Source: Anthoceros angustus (Eukaryota; Plantae; Anthocerotophyta). From it: a DNA stretch of 64,000 nt. The translations under genes and the position numbers were made by a program. The notes below the pieces were generated by a model. It had not been told where the DNA came from. It worked only from the letters and a program-made list of their open reading frames with translations, and did not search any database. Below are positions 13,122 through 27,000 of the stretch, piece by piece; position 1 is the stretch's first letter; each line of letters begins with the position of its first letter. The stretch is taken from positions 868,001 through 932,000 of the forward strand of contig MU008170.1 of NCBI GenBank assembly GCA_010909165.1, in the 5' to 3' direction.

Positions 13122-16100
13122 ATGACCTTCATTCATCTTCCTTCCAGATTCATTTGCGCCCCTGTTGTTGGATGAGGTGTTGGTAGAATTGGACCTCCCT
13201 CCGTGGCACGACAGCAGCTTGGGGTACAGGACACTCAATGGTGGGAGTCCGGTCACAAGAGAAACGTGAATGGTCTATGCTGCGTGCCCTTTTAATGCGT
13301 GCACAGAAGGAGGAGCGCGGAGCGACTCGGAAGACGGAAAATGTGTCACCACCTCTGTGGGCAGATATTCCCTCCCGCAACCCTTCCTTGAATTCTCTTC
13401 TCAGCTTGGATTGCCGGCAGTAAATAATCATTAAAATAAAGTAAAAGCTGGGTTCGGCCGACCGAGTCTCACGGTGACGCCAGCCTTGCTGGGATCCTCC
13501 AGCAATGCATGCCGCTGTGGGGCCGCGCCATAAACGACTGCGACCACAGCTTCTCCCGTCCGACACGCGGGCCCCGCCTAGCCCTTGACAGGCTCCCCGC
13601 CTGCCCCTTTAATGCACGGGCAGCAGCCGAGTCCGTCTCGGCTCCGGCCGTTGCCGTTCCGTTTCGCGCCATCCTTGAAGTGGAACGCCACGACGCGCAG
13701 TATACCCAGAGTACCATACCGTCGCGAACGAGAAGCTAGGTTGACCGTAGATCCAGCCCGTGGCCGTACCATTCCCCAATATTCGAGCTTATGTTATCAT
13801 GATCTCGCGCGGGACGCTCGGGCCCAACATGCAAAAGCATCACCCGTTATCTTTGCCCTTTAACACGCGCTGCCAACCCGTACGACCAACATTGATGGAA
13901 GCGTGTCGGTATACATTTTGGATCTATTATTGTGAGATTTAATAACATATATATTCTTTTTATGCTTGCAAAATTATGAAGACTTTTATTGAGTTATAAG
14001 ATTGACAGATCAACCTACCAAAATATGTGAGAAGAATAAACGTGTGAAAGGAGGAGAGAAAATTTCTGGAATCACTCAATCCAAACTCAGCCACATGGAG
14101 GCATGGTATAGGTGACTCCAGACGTCCCGAGTTTAGAGAGTGTGATTGGAAGAAGGCTCAAGGAGAGTGTGATTGGAAGAAAGCTCGGAAGATTTTGAAA
14201 AACGAGGTGAAAGTGTAGGCGTGATTGGAAGGAAGTTTTGTTAGAAGAGTTTGGGAAGAGAGGACTTTGTTTAGACAAGCTATGACGCTGGGTAATCTTC
14301 ACCGCAACTCATGTTAACCAAAGCACAATCTTTGTGTGTATCCAAAGCCCAACCCAAAGCTCTCTCTTGTTGCTATGTTACAACCAGTCCATGTATGTAA
14401 TACTTAGATAGCTACCACTATGTAATATCTGTATTAATATTTTATTATTTAAATATATTACAAATATATTAAATATTATACTTATACAAAAAAGTTTTTG
14501 GTTACTGCTAGATAGGTTATAAGGGAGGTTTGGCATATGACGTTGCATGTAGTTAGAGCGGATGGTGGTTCCATCATCACTGCCCTGGCCTGCCCCGATT
14601 CCGATTCCCTTGCTCGCATGGTTGGGGAACTTGGGGGCAGGAGGGGCATGGGGTTGGTAAAACAAGTGCGGGGCAATGATTAAGTGCGGAATAAATGCGG
14701 GGAGTAGGGGAGGGGGGGAAGTAGCGGCAGGGCAAGAGGGGGCGCTGACGGCGTCTGCTCCGCTCACAGCTGGTTGGGCTGTTATAGGGCGGGCGCTGTT
14801 AGGCGCCGGGCTGGCCTGGCCTGGCCTGGCCAGCGGCGCACGCGGGCACATGGATTTTGTGCCATATCTCGTAGCACAGGGGGATTTTCTGGATAGAAGA
14901 GCCCCGGCAGGCCAGCTACTGCTGCTCCATCCTCTGCTCTGCAGTCAATCAACTTGCTTGTCGTGACAAGAAAGGCAGGCCAAGCTGAGCTTGAAATGAG
15001 TGAGAGGCAGCTTCTTCTTCCACCTTCCTAGTTCCTAGCCCCCAGCAGGCAGGATCACACATTCCCATTCGGCCCAGCCAGCCAAGCCAAAAAAGCTCCC
15101 CTGGCCCACTGTTGCAGCTCTGCCGCGCATATCCCCTCGCCTTCTGTCAGCGGCTCCGGCCGAGACACCCGGAATGCGTCGCAAAATGGCCTCCCCGCCG
15201 TCGGGCTGGTGCACTCGCAGCAGCCGCAGCAGCAGCCGGCACCGGATGCCAGGCCGGCGCACGCCGCCTCTGGAGCAGCAGCAAATTTAGCTCCCCCCGC
15301 ACCTGCGTCCTGCGCCATCCTCGGCAAGTAAGTGTGGAAAACACTCTGCACAGCGTGGTTGGGTCTAGCCTAGGCCGCTGCAGCCGCTGCAGCCGCTGCA
15401 GCTGCAGGAAGGCTTTGTTTCCTTTGCTATTGCGAGTGCGGCGCCGCAGCCTGCTGCGGCTCCTGCTTCCCGGTGGCTTATCCGCGTTTTGGATCCGACA
15501 TGCCTCCGCTTCCTTTATTGCTGCCAGCAGGTTTGTGCCCGCACTCTGTCCTCGAACATGCCTATGCCTATCCTTTCCCCTCCAAATGCAATTGCTTTTC
15601 TTCTGGTTGGGCTCTCCGCTGGTGGGTTCCCTGCTCTCTTTGCGCCCCAGCTCGTTGCGCAACCTTTGTCTTCCTCTCCCTTCTTCTTCTTCTCCTCCTC
15701 CTCCTCCTCATGTGCACCGCATCAAGGCGTGTTGTGGGTGGTTGTAATGTGGGTTGGTTTCCCCGGCGCTTGTGTCTCCAGGGGAGCCTCAGGGCGTCTG
15801 ATCGCGGCGCACCGCTGACCGTATTAGTGGGCGGGGCGGGGGATAACCTGCGGGCTGCTTCCCCGTTTGAAGGCCTCTGCGAAAGGCTAGGTTGTGGGAA
15901 GGGAGGTGCTGCGAGAGATGTAGGCCCTTTGCAGCAATCGTGCGACTCAGCTCAAGTGTGGTGCATTTGTACCGACTTCGGGGTACGGGGGCGGAGATAT
16001 TGGATCGGGATTGTGAGGGAGCTTATGCAACCCAGGTTCTGACAGGAACAGGGTCATCGTGCGAGAATGCGGACTGGGTGCTTGTGAGGATCGGATCCTT

Positions 16101-16289
16101 GCTTTGTACAACTTTAAATCTCCGGGGGAAGGAAGTTGGGTGGTGGAGTGTCTATGATGACCGCCATCTGGCTTCATCTAGGCTGGTGAGGTTGCGGGGT
16201 AGCGTGTTAGGAGGACAGGAGCGAGCTGGTTTCGAGACTCAAGGCGCCTGCCAAGATTGCCACGCATTGTTATGAACTTACCTGATCCA

Positions 16290-17817
16290 ATGCTAGCCTG
16301 CATAGCATGTTCGAAGAGTGTGTCAGACGACGACTCGGGAGATGGAAGCAGCCCGCATTCCATTGTGACTCGGGACAACCTCAGGTCCCTTACAAGTCAG
16401 GTATGGTCGCTTGACCTTCACGCATCGAATTGCGATCCGTAGCTGCAGGTAGGCTCACCTTCATGTCCATGTACGCTGCACTCGGGTTGAGGTGCTTTTT
16501 CAGTGTCTCGAGTCTGAAGTACTGTTGCCTCCTGTTGCAGCTGAAGCTCATGGCCATCAAATTTTCTGCTGGAGCTTACCGGAATTGCAAACCATGTACC
16601 ACGGGAGGTTATGTGTCCAAGGGACTGCCTGCTTTGCCAGAGGGTGGAGATGGAACTCACTCCAACGGAGAGAGTGGTAACACATCGACAACTTTCCAAG
16701 ATGCTCCTGATAGCCCAGACACGTCAGATGACGGTCTCAAGTCTCACGCCAAAATCCATGCCGAGGAGCAGGTGGACATTGTCTCAGCGGGTGCATTGTC
16801 CGAGATAGATATAGAGGATGCTGCAAGGAACGGCGTGGGAAAGCTGAACAAATCCCACATGCGGAAAACCCCAAAGGGCGACTGGGTTGCTCAGGTCGGA
16901 ATCGGGGTCTTCATCACCTTCACTCCTCTCTCTGATGGTCGGAATGACCTCAAGCGCATCCGCTTCAGGTAAAGTTGCTGCTAACCCTCCGCTACCACAC
17001 CTAGATTCCAGACCAAATCTTGGTTGGATGGTTTTTTTTTGAGATAATGGAATAGTGAACAGTAACAGTTCGGACATTATCTTACATTACTGTGCACCTG
17101 CAGCCGAGAGATTTTTAGCAAGGCCCAAGCAGAAGCTTGGTGGGCGGAGAACTGTGCAAAGGTGTGCGAGGAATACGAAGTTCCTGGCTTCGGACGATCT
17201 GCATCTGCAGGATCTGACGAGGTACTTTGTGAATCCGAATTCTTCAAGCTGTCTTACGTGTGCTTGATCACTAGATGTCCGAAGTATGAGCTTCGTGGAG
17301 CACAGAACTCTAGAATCAACTATTGGAGTAGTTGGGTTTTAGCTTGTTGTCTCTTATTGGGTAGCTGATTCTTTTTTTCCGCAGAAACCTCATAAGGTCG
17401 CGGGATTTACTTCCCCAAAGTTCACACCTGCTGACGCAAATGACATAAGCAGCCCGGGCCGAATGTCCAATGGTGCAGTGGGTTTGCGACCTAAAACTGC
17501 AATGGTAGATACAATACGGCCAGATCACGGTCTGATTCACGAAGACGGGAGTGAGTGGGTGGAAGAAGACCAGCCCGGAGTGTACCTTACCATTGTCGCC
17601 ATGCCAGGTGGTCGAAGGGAGCTGAAACGTGTGAGGTTCAGGTGTGCCCACTTCTCTTCGCCCAACCTCCGTCTCGGAATTCCGACGCTTGTTTTCACTG
17701 GCCTGCCACTAACCTGGGTCTGCATTCTGTGCCAGCCGTGAGAAGTTCCGGGAGAAACAAGCCGAGGCATGGTGGAAAGAGAATCGGAATAGAGTCCTTG
17801 AGCAGTACCTTCAATGA
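16290..17817 (+). CDS. BRXL: BREVIS RADIX-like protein (BRX_N plus two BRX domains)
   Basis: MLACIACSK start; LTSQ|LKLMAIKFS..YRNCKPC; BRX domains WVAQV..GVFITF..NDLKRIRFSREIF...WW and EWVEEDQPGVYLTI...RELKRVRFSREKF...WWKENR. Confidence 0.93.
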
Positions 17818-19007
17818 TAATGTCTGCAACTTTTCCTGAAGCTGGGTTGCCCGAAGAAGACCGGGACGAGTAAGAATGCAGTGAGAAGGCTCATCATGGA
17901 TGCAAAGCTGGAGTGTGGTCGAAGAAGAGAAACGCAGTACAGCATGGTTGAATGATGAACTGTGCATGGATTCCAGTTGCCCAAGGACAGCCGTCATGTG
18001 CCCATGCATGACGCCACTTCTTGGGCACTCTCCTAGCAACTCGTCTCCCTCTCTTCCTACTAAGTAGGCACCATCGCCCAATGAACTGATTTGTGGTATA
18101 AACTCTGTATGTATATTGTCTTTTTGGTGACATGATGATGCAATTCCTTCACTCTGCGGTGACGGCAAGTTGGACGGTAGCCTTTCTTTATAGTGCGATA
18201 TTTTATGGTCCAAGGATACGGTTGTTCTAACAACAAAAGATAGCCTGGCGTACCTACCACCAGGCCTGAATCTGTAGTTGAAAGAAATGTTGAAAATCGG
18301 GTATCTTCACTTGTTTCTAATCAGGTTGGTAACATTGTCCAACACGTCACTGTGTTGGTATTAAAAGTTCACAGTAACCGCAGTTGCGGGTGGAGGGGAG
18401 GGCTTTCAGGCTTTCAGCTGAAGTGAGTGGGAGCAACTATCTCCTGCGCTGCATCAATCGTGCTTGTGTCTTCTTCTTCCTCCCCTGTCCGGGCAGAAGT
18501 TGGGGCCGCGGCCTCGGCCTCGTCGTCGTCTCATCTTTGCTGTCCTGTTACGCCAGTTGCAGTTGCGGCGCCAAGAACAATCTGGCTTCTACAGTTGCAG
18601 GCCTCTGCCTCTGCAAAATGCCACAAGAGGCCCAGCAACTGCAACTGGTGGAAAGAATGTCGCCCAAGTTGCTCACAAGAGCGGGGAATGGGCTGTGCAC
18701 CAGGCTGTCAGGAGAAGCCAAGCACCGCGCACCCTTCTTGGGCTGGATTCTCAGGTAACCGGTCTTTACAATTTCGCCCCGCTCCTGCACTGCACATCCT
18801 ATGCCCCTCCGCTTCTTGCATTTCAAATGCAAATTGTGTCATTCTTTCACCATGGGCATCTGTGGGAGGAGTGGGTTGATTTGTCGTCACTTCGTCACAT
18901 CTGGTTGGAGTGTGCAGATGCCACAAGGATGGAGCGGAGTGGGGAAGTGCTGAATAGGAGACGGGAGTGCGGAATAGGGTGTCACTCGGGCACGAGAATG
19001 GTCTGCG

Positions 19008-20366
19008 ATGGAAGCGATGGCAGGTGGAGGAGGAATTGGTTTAGGTCTGGTTCTGGAGCACCCCGCACTTGTGCACCCGCCGAGCCTGCTCTCGCAAGCC
19101 GCCGACCAAGCGCAAGCCAGTGGCAGCAGCAGGGGGAGTGAGCGGCAGCTGCCTCTGGAACTCAAGGCAACGCCCAGGAGCAAGAGCAAGTCGCTGGCTA
19201 TGAGTGATGAGGAGGATCCCAGCAACGTGGAGGACTGTGGGACGGAGGCCAAGAACAAGAAAGGGTCTCCGTGGCAGCGGATGAAATGGACGGATGCCAT
19301 GGTGAAGCTGCTCATCGGGATGGTGCTGTTGGTCGGGGAGGACGGGTGTCTGGAAGGGTTGGAGAACAGCAACAAGAGGAAGGTTGGGATCTTGCAGAAG
19401 AAGGGGAAGTGGAAGTCTGTGGCTCAGCTCATGATGGACAAGGGTTGCTATGTGTCTCCGCAGCAGTGTGAGGACAAGTTCAATGATTTGAACAAGCGGT
19501 ACAAGAGGCTGAACGATGTCCTGGGCAAGGAGAATGCGGCTGCTGTTTCAGTTAACCCGAGCCTGCTGAGTTCCATGGACCATCTCAGCCCTAAGGCCGT
19601 GGATGATGCTAGGAAGATTCTCAGCTCCAGGCATCTTTTCTACAAGGAGATGGTGGCTTATCATAACGGGGACACGGCAACCCTCGCTGTGGACCTGGAG
19701 TTCCACATCCCGCGTCCGAACCTGGCTCACAAAGATCGAGAGATGATGGAAGCGGTGAGGAGTAAGTATGACAACAGCGAAGAGGAGGATGAGGAGGTGG
19801 AGGAAGAGGACGAAATGGATGATGATTACAACGAGGAAGATGCTTGTCAGGGTCAGGAAATGGATGTAGCTGGCCGGGAGCTGCCTCAGGTGTCTTCCCT
19901 GTCGTTGAAGAGGAGGAAAGTTCTGCAGCAGCTGGAAGATTCGGACATGGCGATGGCAGATGCGCACACAGATGACTGTCATGGTAAAGATCCGGATGTC
20001 ACAAACGGGGTGCTGATGAAGGTGGTTCATGAGAACTTCAAGACACCGAAGGATCATCAGCAGCAATGGCTGAAGTCCAGGACTATGCAACTGAAAGAAC
20101 AGAAAATGGGGCTGCAGGCCGAGGCATTTAACCTGGAGAAGCAGCGGTTTAAATGGCAGAAAACCACGTGCAAGAAGGACAGGGAAATCGAGAGGTTGCG
20201 GCTTGAGAATGAGAGAATGAAGCTGGAAAATGAGCGTATTGCACTCCAGCTTAAACAGCGGGAGTTGGAAATGAATTCCAGGAGACCTGAGGTGTCCATG
20301 ACATCCATTGCCCTCCTCCTGGAGAAACTTCATGCCACTGACAAAAAGGAGACAGAAGACAACTGA
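19008..20366 (+). CDS. Trihelix (Myb/SANT-like) transcription factor, GT-gamma/HRA1-like clade
   Basis: Intronless 452-aa ORF with WQRMKWTDAMVKLLI, KKGKWKSV, VSPQQCEDKFNDLNKRYKRL, an acidic tract and a C-terminal coiled coil. Confidence 0.93.
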   Translation: MEAMAGGGGIGLGLVLEHPALVHPPSLLSQAADQAQASGSSRGSERQLPLELKATPRSKSKSLAMSDEEDPSNVEDCGTEAKNKKGSPWQRMKWTDAMVKLLIGMVLLVGEDGCLEGLENSNKRKVGILQKKGKWKSVAQLMMDKGCYVSPQQCEDKFNDLNKRYKRLNDVLGKENAAAVSVNPSLLSSMDHLSPKAVDDARKILSSRHLFYKEMVAYHNGDTATLAVDLEFHIPRPNLAHKDREMMEAVRSKYDNSEEEDEEVEEEDEMDDDYNEEDACQGQEMDVAGRELPQVSSLSLKRRKVLQQLEDSDMAMADAHTDDCHGKDPDVTNGVLMKVVHENFKTPKDHQQQWLKSRTMQLKEQKMGLQAEAFNLEKQRFKWQKTTCKKDREIERLRLENERMKLENERIALQLKQRELEMNSRRPEVSMTSIALLLEKLHATDKKETEDN

Positions 20367-21094
20367 TGCGGGTGGCCCAAAAAAATATATCATTTGCGCC
20401 TCTAGCCTGCTGATTCTTACAGGTTGAACGGGATATTATTTTCTAAGCCTCTATCTTCCCTGTCCAGGTGTGTGTTACAGGGAGTGTCAAATCCGTGCTA
20501 ATTCTTGTAGGCTAAAAGGAGATCTCTCCGCAGCCTGTCATCCTGTGCAGACCTCCTGACAGGGTGAAGGGAAGTTCATTTCTATTCCCTGTCACAGTGA
20601 GTTCCATCTGTTTGGCTGCCGGTGGCCAAAATTGGGATGAGATGTTTTCCACGGTTGTGTACCAGGCTGGTGCGTAACTAGTTGCCTTGGGCATATGAAC
20701 CCATTACACCACCTCCTGCAATGGTCTACCAATGAGTGACGTGGAAAAGGTTTCTCCGGATGGCCAACCTCCTAGGTTGCTGCATGTCCAAAGATTTTGC
20801 CCGAAATTCCAGGACAACACTGATAGCTGGAGGCAAACGAAACCAACTTCTTGCACTTGTACTGTGTGTCTGCATCAGCCAGATGAAAGGCTTCAAGCTT
20901 GGCTCCGTATGTGATAAGAGGAACCAACCCAATGCAGCGTGGTCGACCAGGAGGGGACCACGAACCACTTCAAATTTTGCCACCGAATAATAACAACGAT
21001 GGTGTAGGAATGGGTAGCCCTGTACTGTAGGTCCAATCCCCAAAGAATGCGGAGCAATTTCTACGTATCTGAGACAGATGATGTGATTGGTGCC

Positions 21095-22659
21095 TCAGCT
21101 TAAAGATGATTCGGGTCGAGGTCCCCAGACTCCCTGGCCTTTTCGCAGAAGAGAAGCATACAGAAGCTCATTCCAGACATCCGGAACTCCTGGAAGACAC
21201 CAGTGGCTGCAATCCATTTTGATGTCACCCCACTTGGACACATGGCCATCAATCCGCATATCAGATAAAACCGTAACGTTTAGCACTGGAATCATAGTCC
21301 TTTTGGATTGCAGAGCCTGTTCCACCGCACTCACTTGTGGGTAGTCCATCTCCGAATAGGGCAGCCTATGAAGATTCGGTTCAGTTGCGCCGGCACACAA
21401 TGGATTTTCAGGAAAACCTCTGCCAAAACCGACCACACCAGGAGAAAATCAATCAGCAACCAACTCACCGGACGCCTTGCAAAGAGACATCCCAATGCAA
21501 GGCCGATCTGATGCTTACCCCCAATGGTCGGGAGCAAAGTTTCGGAAAAACACATTGGTTTCATTGGTGTCGATATTCCTCTCCACCCAGGATGCCCATG
21601 TCTGCAGAGCTAGGCTATGGGCCGTGGGCACTTTGATTCCAAGCTGTAGCCTCCCACCCTTTGAAAAATACACGTTCCTGCGTGTTCAGCCTTGCTTCAG
21701 AACACATAACCGCGAAGAGGGCAAGCGGAGGAACTGAAGGATTCTAAGCAGCTGGAACCAGAAATGGAAATGGCACTAACTTGTCGTATGTTTTGTCGCG
21801 AGTCCACCAGTGACCAGAGTTGACAACCAGGACATTTGCACCCCTGCATTTCTCCAATGCAGGGTCCACTACATCCAGCACCAATGTGGACCTCACTCTC
21901 TTCGGCGACCGTTCGGGAGGCTTAGCACTGGCAATAAGATAAGGTGAGCGGTAGAACTCGACGGTGAGGTTGAACGAGCTGAATCTGACAGCCATGAAGC
22001 CAGTGGTCTTCGATATCTGCCTGCCATTCACTTCGAAAAACGACATCTTGTCGGGTACAGCTTCTGCAAGCAGGCAGATGAATGACTCCCATTGCGTCCT
22101 CCCCATAGAATCTCCCACAAACACAACACGTAAGCCCCGTAACCTCTCCAGCACGTCCTGAGCATCAAACCTGCATCAAACCAAACCAACAACCAACCAA
22201 ACCAAGTACTCTCAGACATGAAGCCATGCGAGTCTCAGCTCCTCCTGCCCAAAGCAATGCCAAGAGGCTTAACCTGGGAAGGTTACAACCATCGGGCTGC
22301 CATCGCCAGTGCCTGTAGCCGTCATCAGGTCGGCCCTTCTCTTTACACCTAAACCCGATCTCAGCGAAGGGGCAGTCAGGTGCCTCATACAGGGGGTAGG
22401 ACGAGTCATACATCCAGCGGCCAGTGAAAAAGTCGCACTCACTCTCCGCTGCCAACGACTCTTCACGAGGCAACACATTGGCGTCCGCAGAAAATGATTC
22501 CCATTTCCTCCGATCCCGAAGCAGGAACGGAGAGAAAACAAGCATCGCTGCCGAGAGCAGGCAAACCACGCCAAAAACAAACCAGCCACTCCCCCTCCCC
22601 CCGGGCTCCGAGCTCTGCTGCTTCTGCGCCAGTCCAGAACAGAAAAGGCCTGACACCAT
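21095..22659 (-). CDS. TBL: TRICHOME BIREFRINGENCE-LIKE polysaccharide O-acetyltransferase
   Basis: N-terminal TM helix; CDFFTGRW...WRWQPDGCNLPR; VFVGDSMGRTQWES (GDS motif); DCSHWCLPGVPDVWN (DxxH motif). Four exons. Confidence 0.95.
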
Positions 22660-23639
22660 CTTCTCACCTCAGCTCCCGGACAGTGGAATGCCCGTTCCTG
22701 CAGAATCGGCAGCTGCACCTATCAATCCAATTCAGCACTCTCTTCTCCACCACCACCATCGCTCAACGGCTGAGTCAGAATCCCTCCAACCCGACCAAAC
22801 CAAACCACATCGATGCACTGTCCCACCACCTGAACCTGAACCAGAACCTGCACCTGACCCGATCCCCTCCCGGTTCCGCTTTCCTAAGCAAAGCCACTGC
22901 TGCGAGAACTAAACAAAGGCAGCTCCTTCTCCTGCCAATGCTCCAGCATCAAGCTTGAAACGATCCTGGATTTCCCTTCCTGCCTCAAACAATCAAGCAA
23001 TGCGGAATAGGTAAATCCAGACTCCCGCAGACAGCTCAGCGTCCTTCCCATACACCAGTACACGGCAGCCTCCAGGTTCCTGCAGGCTGCAGCCCGAGGG
23101 AAGAGCCGCGTGCGTCCCCCACAAGCGCAGCTGCGAGAGAACCCGTCCCCTCCCGTTCTGGCCCGTTTTCGTACGTGTCCACACCGCGTCACCGGTTCCG
23201 ACCTCTCACCCCGACTGTAGAATTTTCACATTGACCGGAGGACCCAGTCTGCAAGTCTCCATACATATGTTTAGTCCCAGTCGTGCATGTTTCTCAAGTT
23301 TAATCTTTTCCCCGTCAGGCAGGGACAGGCTAACAATACTAGACAGCTCCATTCCGCACTCTCCTTGTGTGATTATGTTGTGCTGTGGTTTTTGCGTACA
23401 ACACCCCGCACCGCCTTGATGTGATTTACGTGTTGTGCTTGTGGTATATGCGTTTCTTATTTGTGGCATATGCGTTTTCCATTCCTTCATTAAATTTTCT
23501 AGCTATATGAATATAGTGGCCATCTATAGTCGCAGTGATGGTGTACGAGACTCATTTCGTTTTATTTGTGAATCGGGTCCCGCTTGCATCTGTTTATTGT
23601 TCTATTACTACTCTTAATCGAAGCTCCAATGCGTTTCCT

Positions 23640-23735
23640 ATTGCTCCTTCACGATATGGTCACATTGCCCCTTCCCAATATGCTCACATTGCCCATCCAC
23701 GGTATGCTCACATTGCTTCTTCACGGAATGCTCAC
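23640..23735. repeat. 24-bp minisatellite, 4 copies
   Basis: ATTGCTCCTTCACGATATGGTCAC, ATTGCCCCTTCCCAATATGCTCAC, ATTGCCCATCCACGGTATGCTCAC, ATTGCTTCTTCACGGAATGCTCAC. Confidence 0.85.
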
Positions 23736-23976
23736 AAAAGGGTTGAGAAAAGTTGCACAATATGGTTGTGTATTCAAGTAATAAGAATGCATGTAAGTCC
23801 GATTCGATTCACATGTTCGATATGTCATGGTCATTTTGAAAAGGCTAAAATGACCACTACGATGGTCATTTGCATGATGGTCATCATGTCATTCATTGAT
23901 TGAGGTGATTTTGGTTCCCGTTGTGGCTGTTGGTTACATCTCATGCAATTTTTTAAGACCACCCAAGTCCGGCCCG

Positions 23977-23988
23977 TTTTCTGTAGTG
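23977..23988 (-). mobile_element. Possible CACTA terminal inverted repeat (end of a remnant extending leftwards)
   Basis: TTTTCTGTAGTG is the reverse complement of CACTACAGAAAA. No partner end was found. Confidence 0.4.
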
Positions 23989-24065
23989 AGCAACTCCAAA
24001 ACCGGAGGGCATTCGTTCTCCCGTGATAGAAGTGGACTTGTGTTGAATGCCCTTCGGCTATTGAT

Positions 24066-27000
24066 TTTTTTTTTAATTTGGTATTTTAAAAATAAATCAA
24101 AACAACCCCGGGGGAGAAATCTTCAACAAGGGTTCTGATTCCCTATGTTACACATCGTATCATCCCAACAGGAAGAGACTATACTCTTCCCGAGGTCATC
24201 TGAGTATGTGCCTAGATACCATCGCAAGTTATGTAGGACTTGGGAAAAACTCCCTCACCCACTAAAACTCCCCACCTTTACCTTTGCCCGAGAATAAGGG
24301 CTGCCATACATTGCTGCGTCGGCTCCAATAAAATCGCCATCTTGAACCTGTCTCGTCCCAAACCACCTGTCTCCCCAACCCCTAACAAATCGTTGCCCTC
24401 ACCCAAGAACGTGCACTCCCTAGGGAAGGCCTTCTGCATCCTTCCAATAGGACCTGCCCCACCAAGATGATGATTTCGAATTCATCCCAGGTCACCCTTA
24501 AGGGCGGCCCAGAAGGTGGGTAATACCTCCGCCAGAAAAAGGGCCACCGGGACGAAACCCGGGGTGTCCCCTTTCTTCAAGGGGCAAGTCCAGCCAGAAA
24601 GTGCGGACCCTCTCACAGAACCCCCTAAGAGAACAACTACTTTATCCTCACCCCTTCACTCTGAAAACCCAGGAACCTGTTGCACAGCTTTGCGAATGAG
24701 CTCTCCCATAATCCTCTGCCGCGCCGGGAGGACGTGGTTGCACTCAAGAAGAAGATGTGCTAAAGATTCCCCCCCCCTGATCTGCATTGCAGAGAGGGCA
24801 GTTCAAGGGTGTGTTCGGAGGCACCACCCCAAACCGAATAGCGGCGTCTGCCAGCATGAGAGCCCTTGTTCTAGCCTGGATGACATGAGTAACTGCTGTA
24901 GCCGGAACATCAAACTGGCGAGAAGCCTGTGAGATAAACCGACGAGAAGCCGAGAAACCCCTTTGGACATACAAAGGCAAACCGATGGTACTAGTATTTC
25001 GTTCGAGTTGGCTCCAAGCAGCACGGCAAAACGATTTAAGGTGTGACTCAAGACCCTCAAACCTCTCCAGGGGGCGAGCCCCAAATCCGTTCACCCTCTT
25101 CTGCCCGTTATAGACGCAAGTGTGTTTGTGTCTCTTGTTTCGATGGGGTCGGTACTTGAAGAGGTCTCCAACATAGGAAGAGAGTCTCCAACATAGGAAG
25201 AGAGTGTCGGGAATTTAAAGAAGGCTCGGGCCTTCTGACCTACCGCATAGGCAACAAAGGGAGTAACCCCGAGCTCCCCGTAAAGAGGACCAGCAGCCAC
25301 CTGAGTGGATGCACCTGGTTTTCCAATTATCCACCTGAGTGCCTTGTGTACAAGGGCCCCAAGCTTCTTTGTCTGCTGAGCCCCAATAAACCCCAAAAGT
25401 TCGGCTCCATGGAAGCATGCTGGCAAAATGACAGAGCGCAGTATTGAGACTCGGAATGCAGTGGGAATCCTCTTAGATTTGAGAACGTGTTTGTACGAAG
25501 AGAGGATGCGGGTCCCAAGGTGCAGACGATCCTGGATGATAGTTTTCAGGGACAAACTTTCATCCAATACGATGCCCAGATACGTATACTCTTGTACATA
25601 AGGAACCCGCACCAACAACATAGGTGTCATCTAAAATCCGAATCCAGAAATGCCATGCCACACCGAAACACCACATTTGATGATGCCGAAAGCCATACCC
25701 CATTGCAGAGCCTACGCGGACAGGTGGTCTAGAGTCCTCTACGATTCACCCAATACGAGAAGATCGTCCGCATAAAGGAGGGCATCCAGATTGTACGGCA
25801 TCCCAGGGACCTCCACACCAACCGGGGAGGAAGTCGCATGGGATACCGGTCTCCCTGGCTTTGGCGACACGAATAGGTCGTTGATAAAAACATTAAATAG
25901 ACAGGGGGAGGCGGGGCATCCTTGTCGTAACCCGCAAAGGACATCAAAGGGTTCGGAGGTATCTTCCCCGATTCTAACCCTCATTCGGGCCGAGGCGTAC
26001 AGGGTCCGGAAGAATGTGAGGGCCGACCCATGCACCCCGGCTCTCTCCAGCTTATAAAACAATGCCTCGTGGGGCACCGTGTCATAGGCTTTGCGAAAGT
26101 CAATATAGGCCACATAAGTCGGGAGCCCAACATTCCTCCTACGTCCTGCCACCTCCATAGCCGAGACCACTTGCGCCATACACTCATTTCTTGGCCGGAA
26201 ACCCGCTTGACCGGGTGAAAGAAGTTGGCACTCTCCAAGAACCACACTCTGATGATCTTGGTAGCAATTTTGAGGGCCACGGATATGAGGGCAATGCCTC
26301 TATAGTTATCTGGCAGAGTCATATCTCCCTTTTTCCCGATGGAGACCACGTTAGCCGTATTGATATGGGCAGGGATGGGATGGAGCCACACCTCATTGAC
26401 ATACCGGAGGGAAGCAAGGCCCATCTTCGATTTAGGTGCACAGGAACCACCACGCACACGACGGCCTTTGTCGGCAAGCAGGATTCGAAACCAGACCGGG
26501 GGATACCATCGGGCCCCGGGGCCTTATGTGGGGACATTTGGTGCAGGGCCTTGCGAACCTCTCCCCAACGAATGGAGCATTGATCCCTGGAAGGGGGTCA
26601 ACCGGCGAAGGGGGTGGGAGAGGAGGCAAGGTTTGTCGCACCCCAACAAGCTTCCGATAGTGTTGCAACCAAACGTTCATAATGGCAGGCTTCGTGACCT
26701 GCAACCTGCCGTCTTCATCCTGCATGGGCGAAACTTTGTCCCAATCGGATGGATTTGAGAAACTGGGCCTTGCCCTCTGCCCTCGAGAGAGTGCAGACTC
26801 TCTTACAGAGATCCAGCCAAGAATCATAGCAAGTTTTTTTATCCACCAGCGCACTGTGTCAGAGCACCTTGTAAGCCGCTTTGCATTGTTTTATGAGTCT
26901 TTTTAACTCCTCTGAGAGGTGGGGGCCAGGAGCGGGGGTGGGCTTGGGGGTAGTTTTAATCCCAAGTTCTGTGGCAATGGAGTTGGAGAGGTCCGAAAAG

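Noticed and set aside
14680-16270. GC-rich region with (GCCGCTGCA)n and many overlapping ORFs, including a Cys-rich one
   Set aside because: No recognisable domain or consistent exon chain. Most simply the promoter, 5' UTR and intron of the BRX gene.
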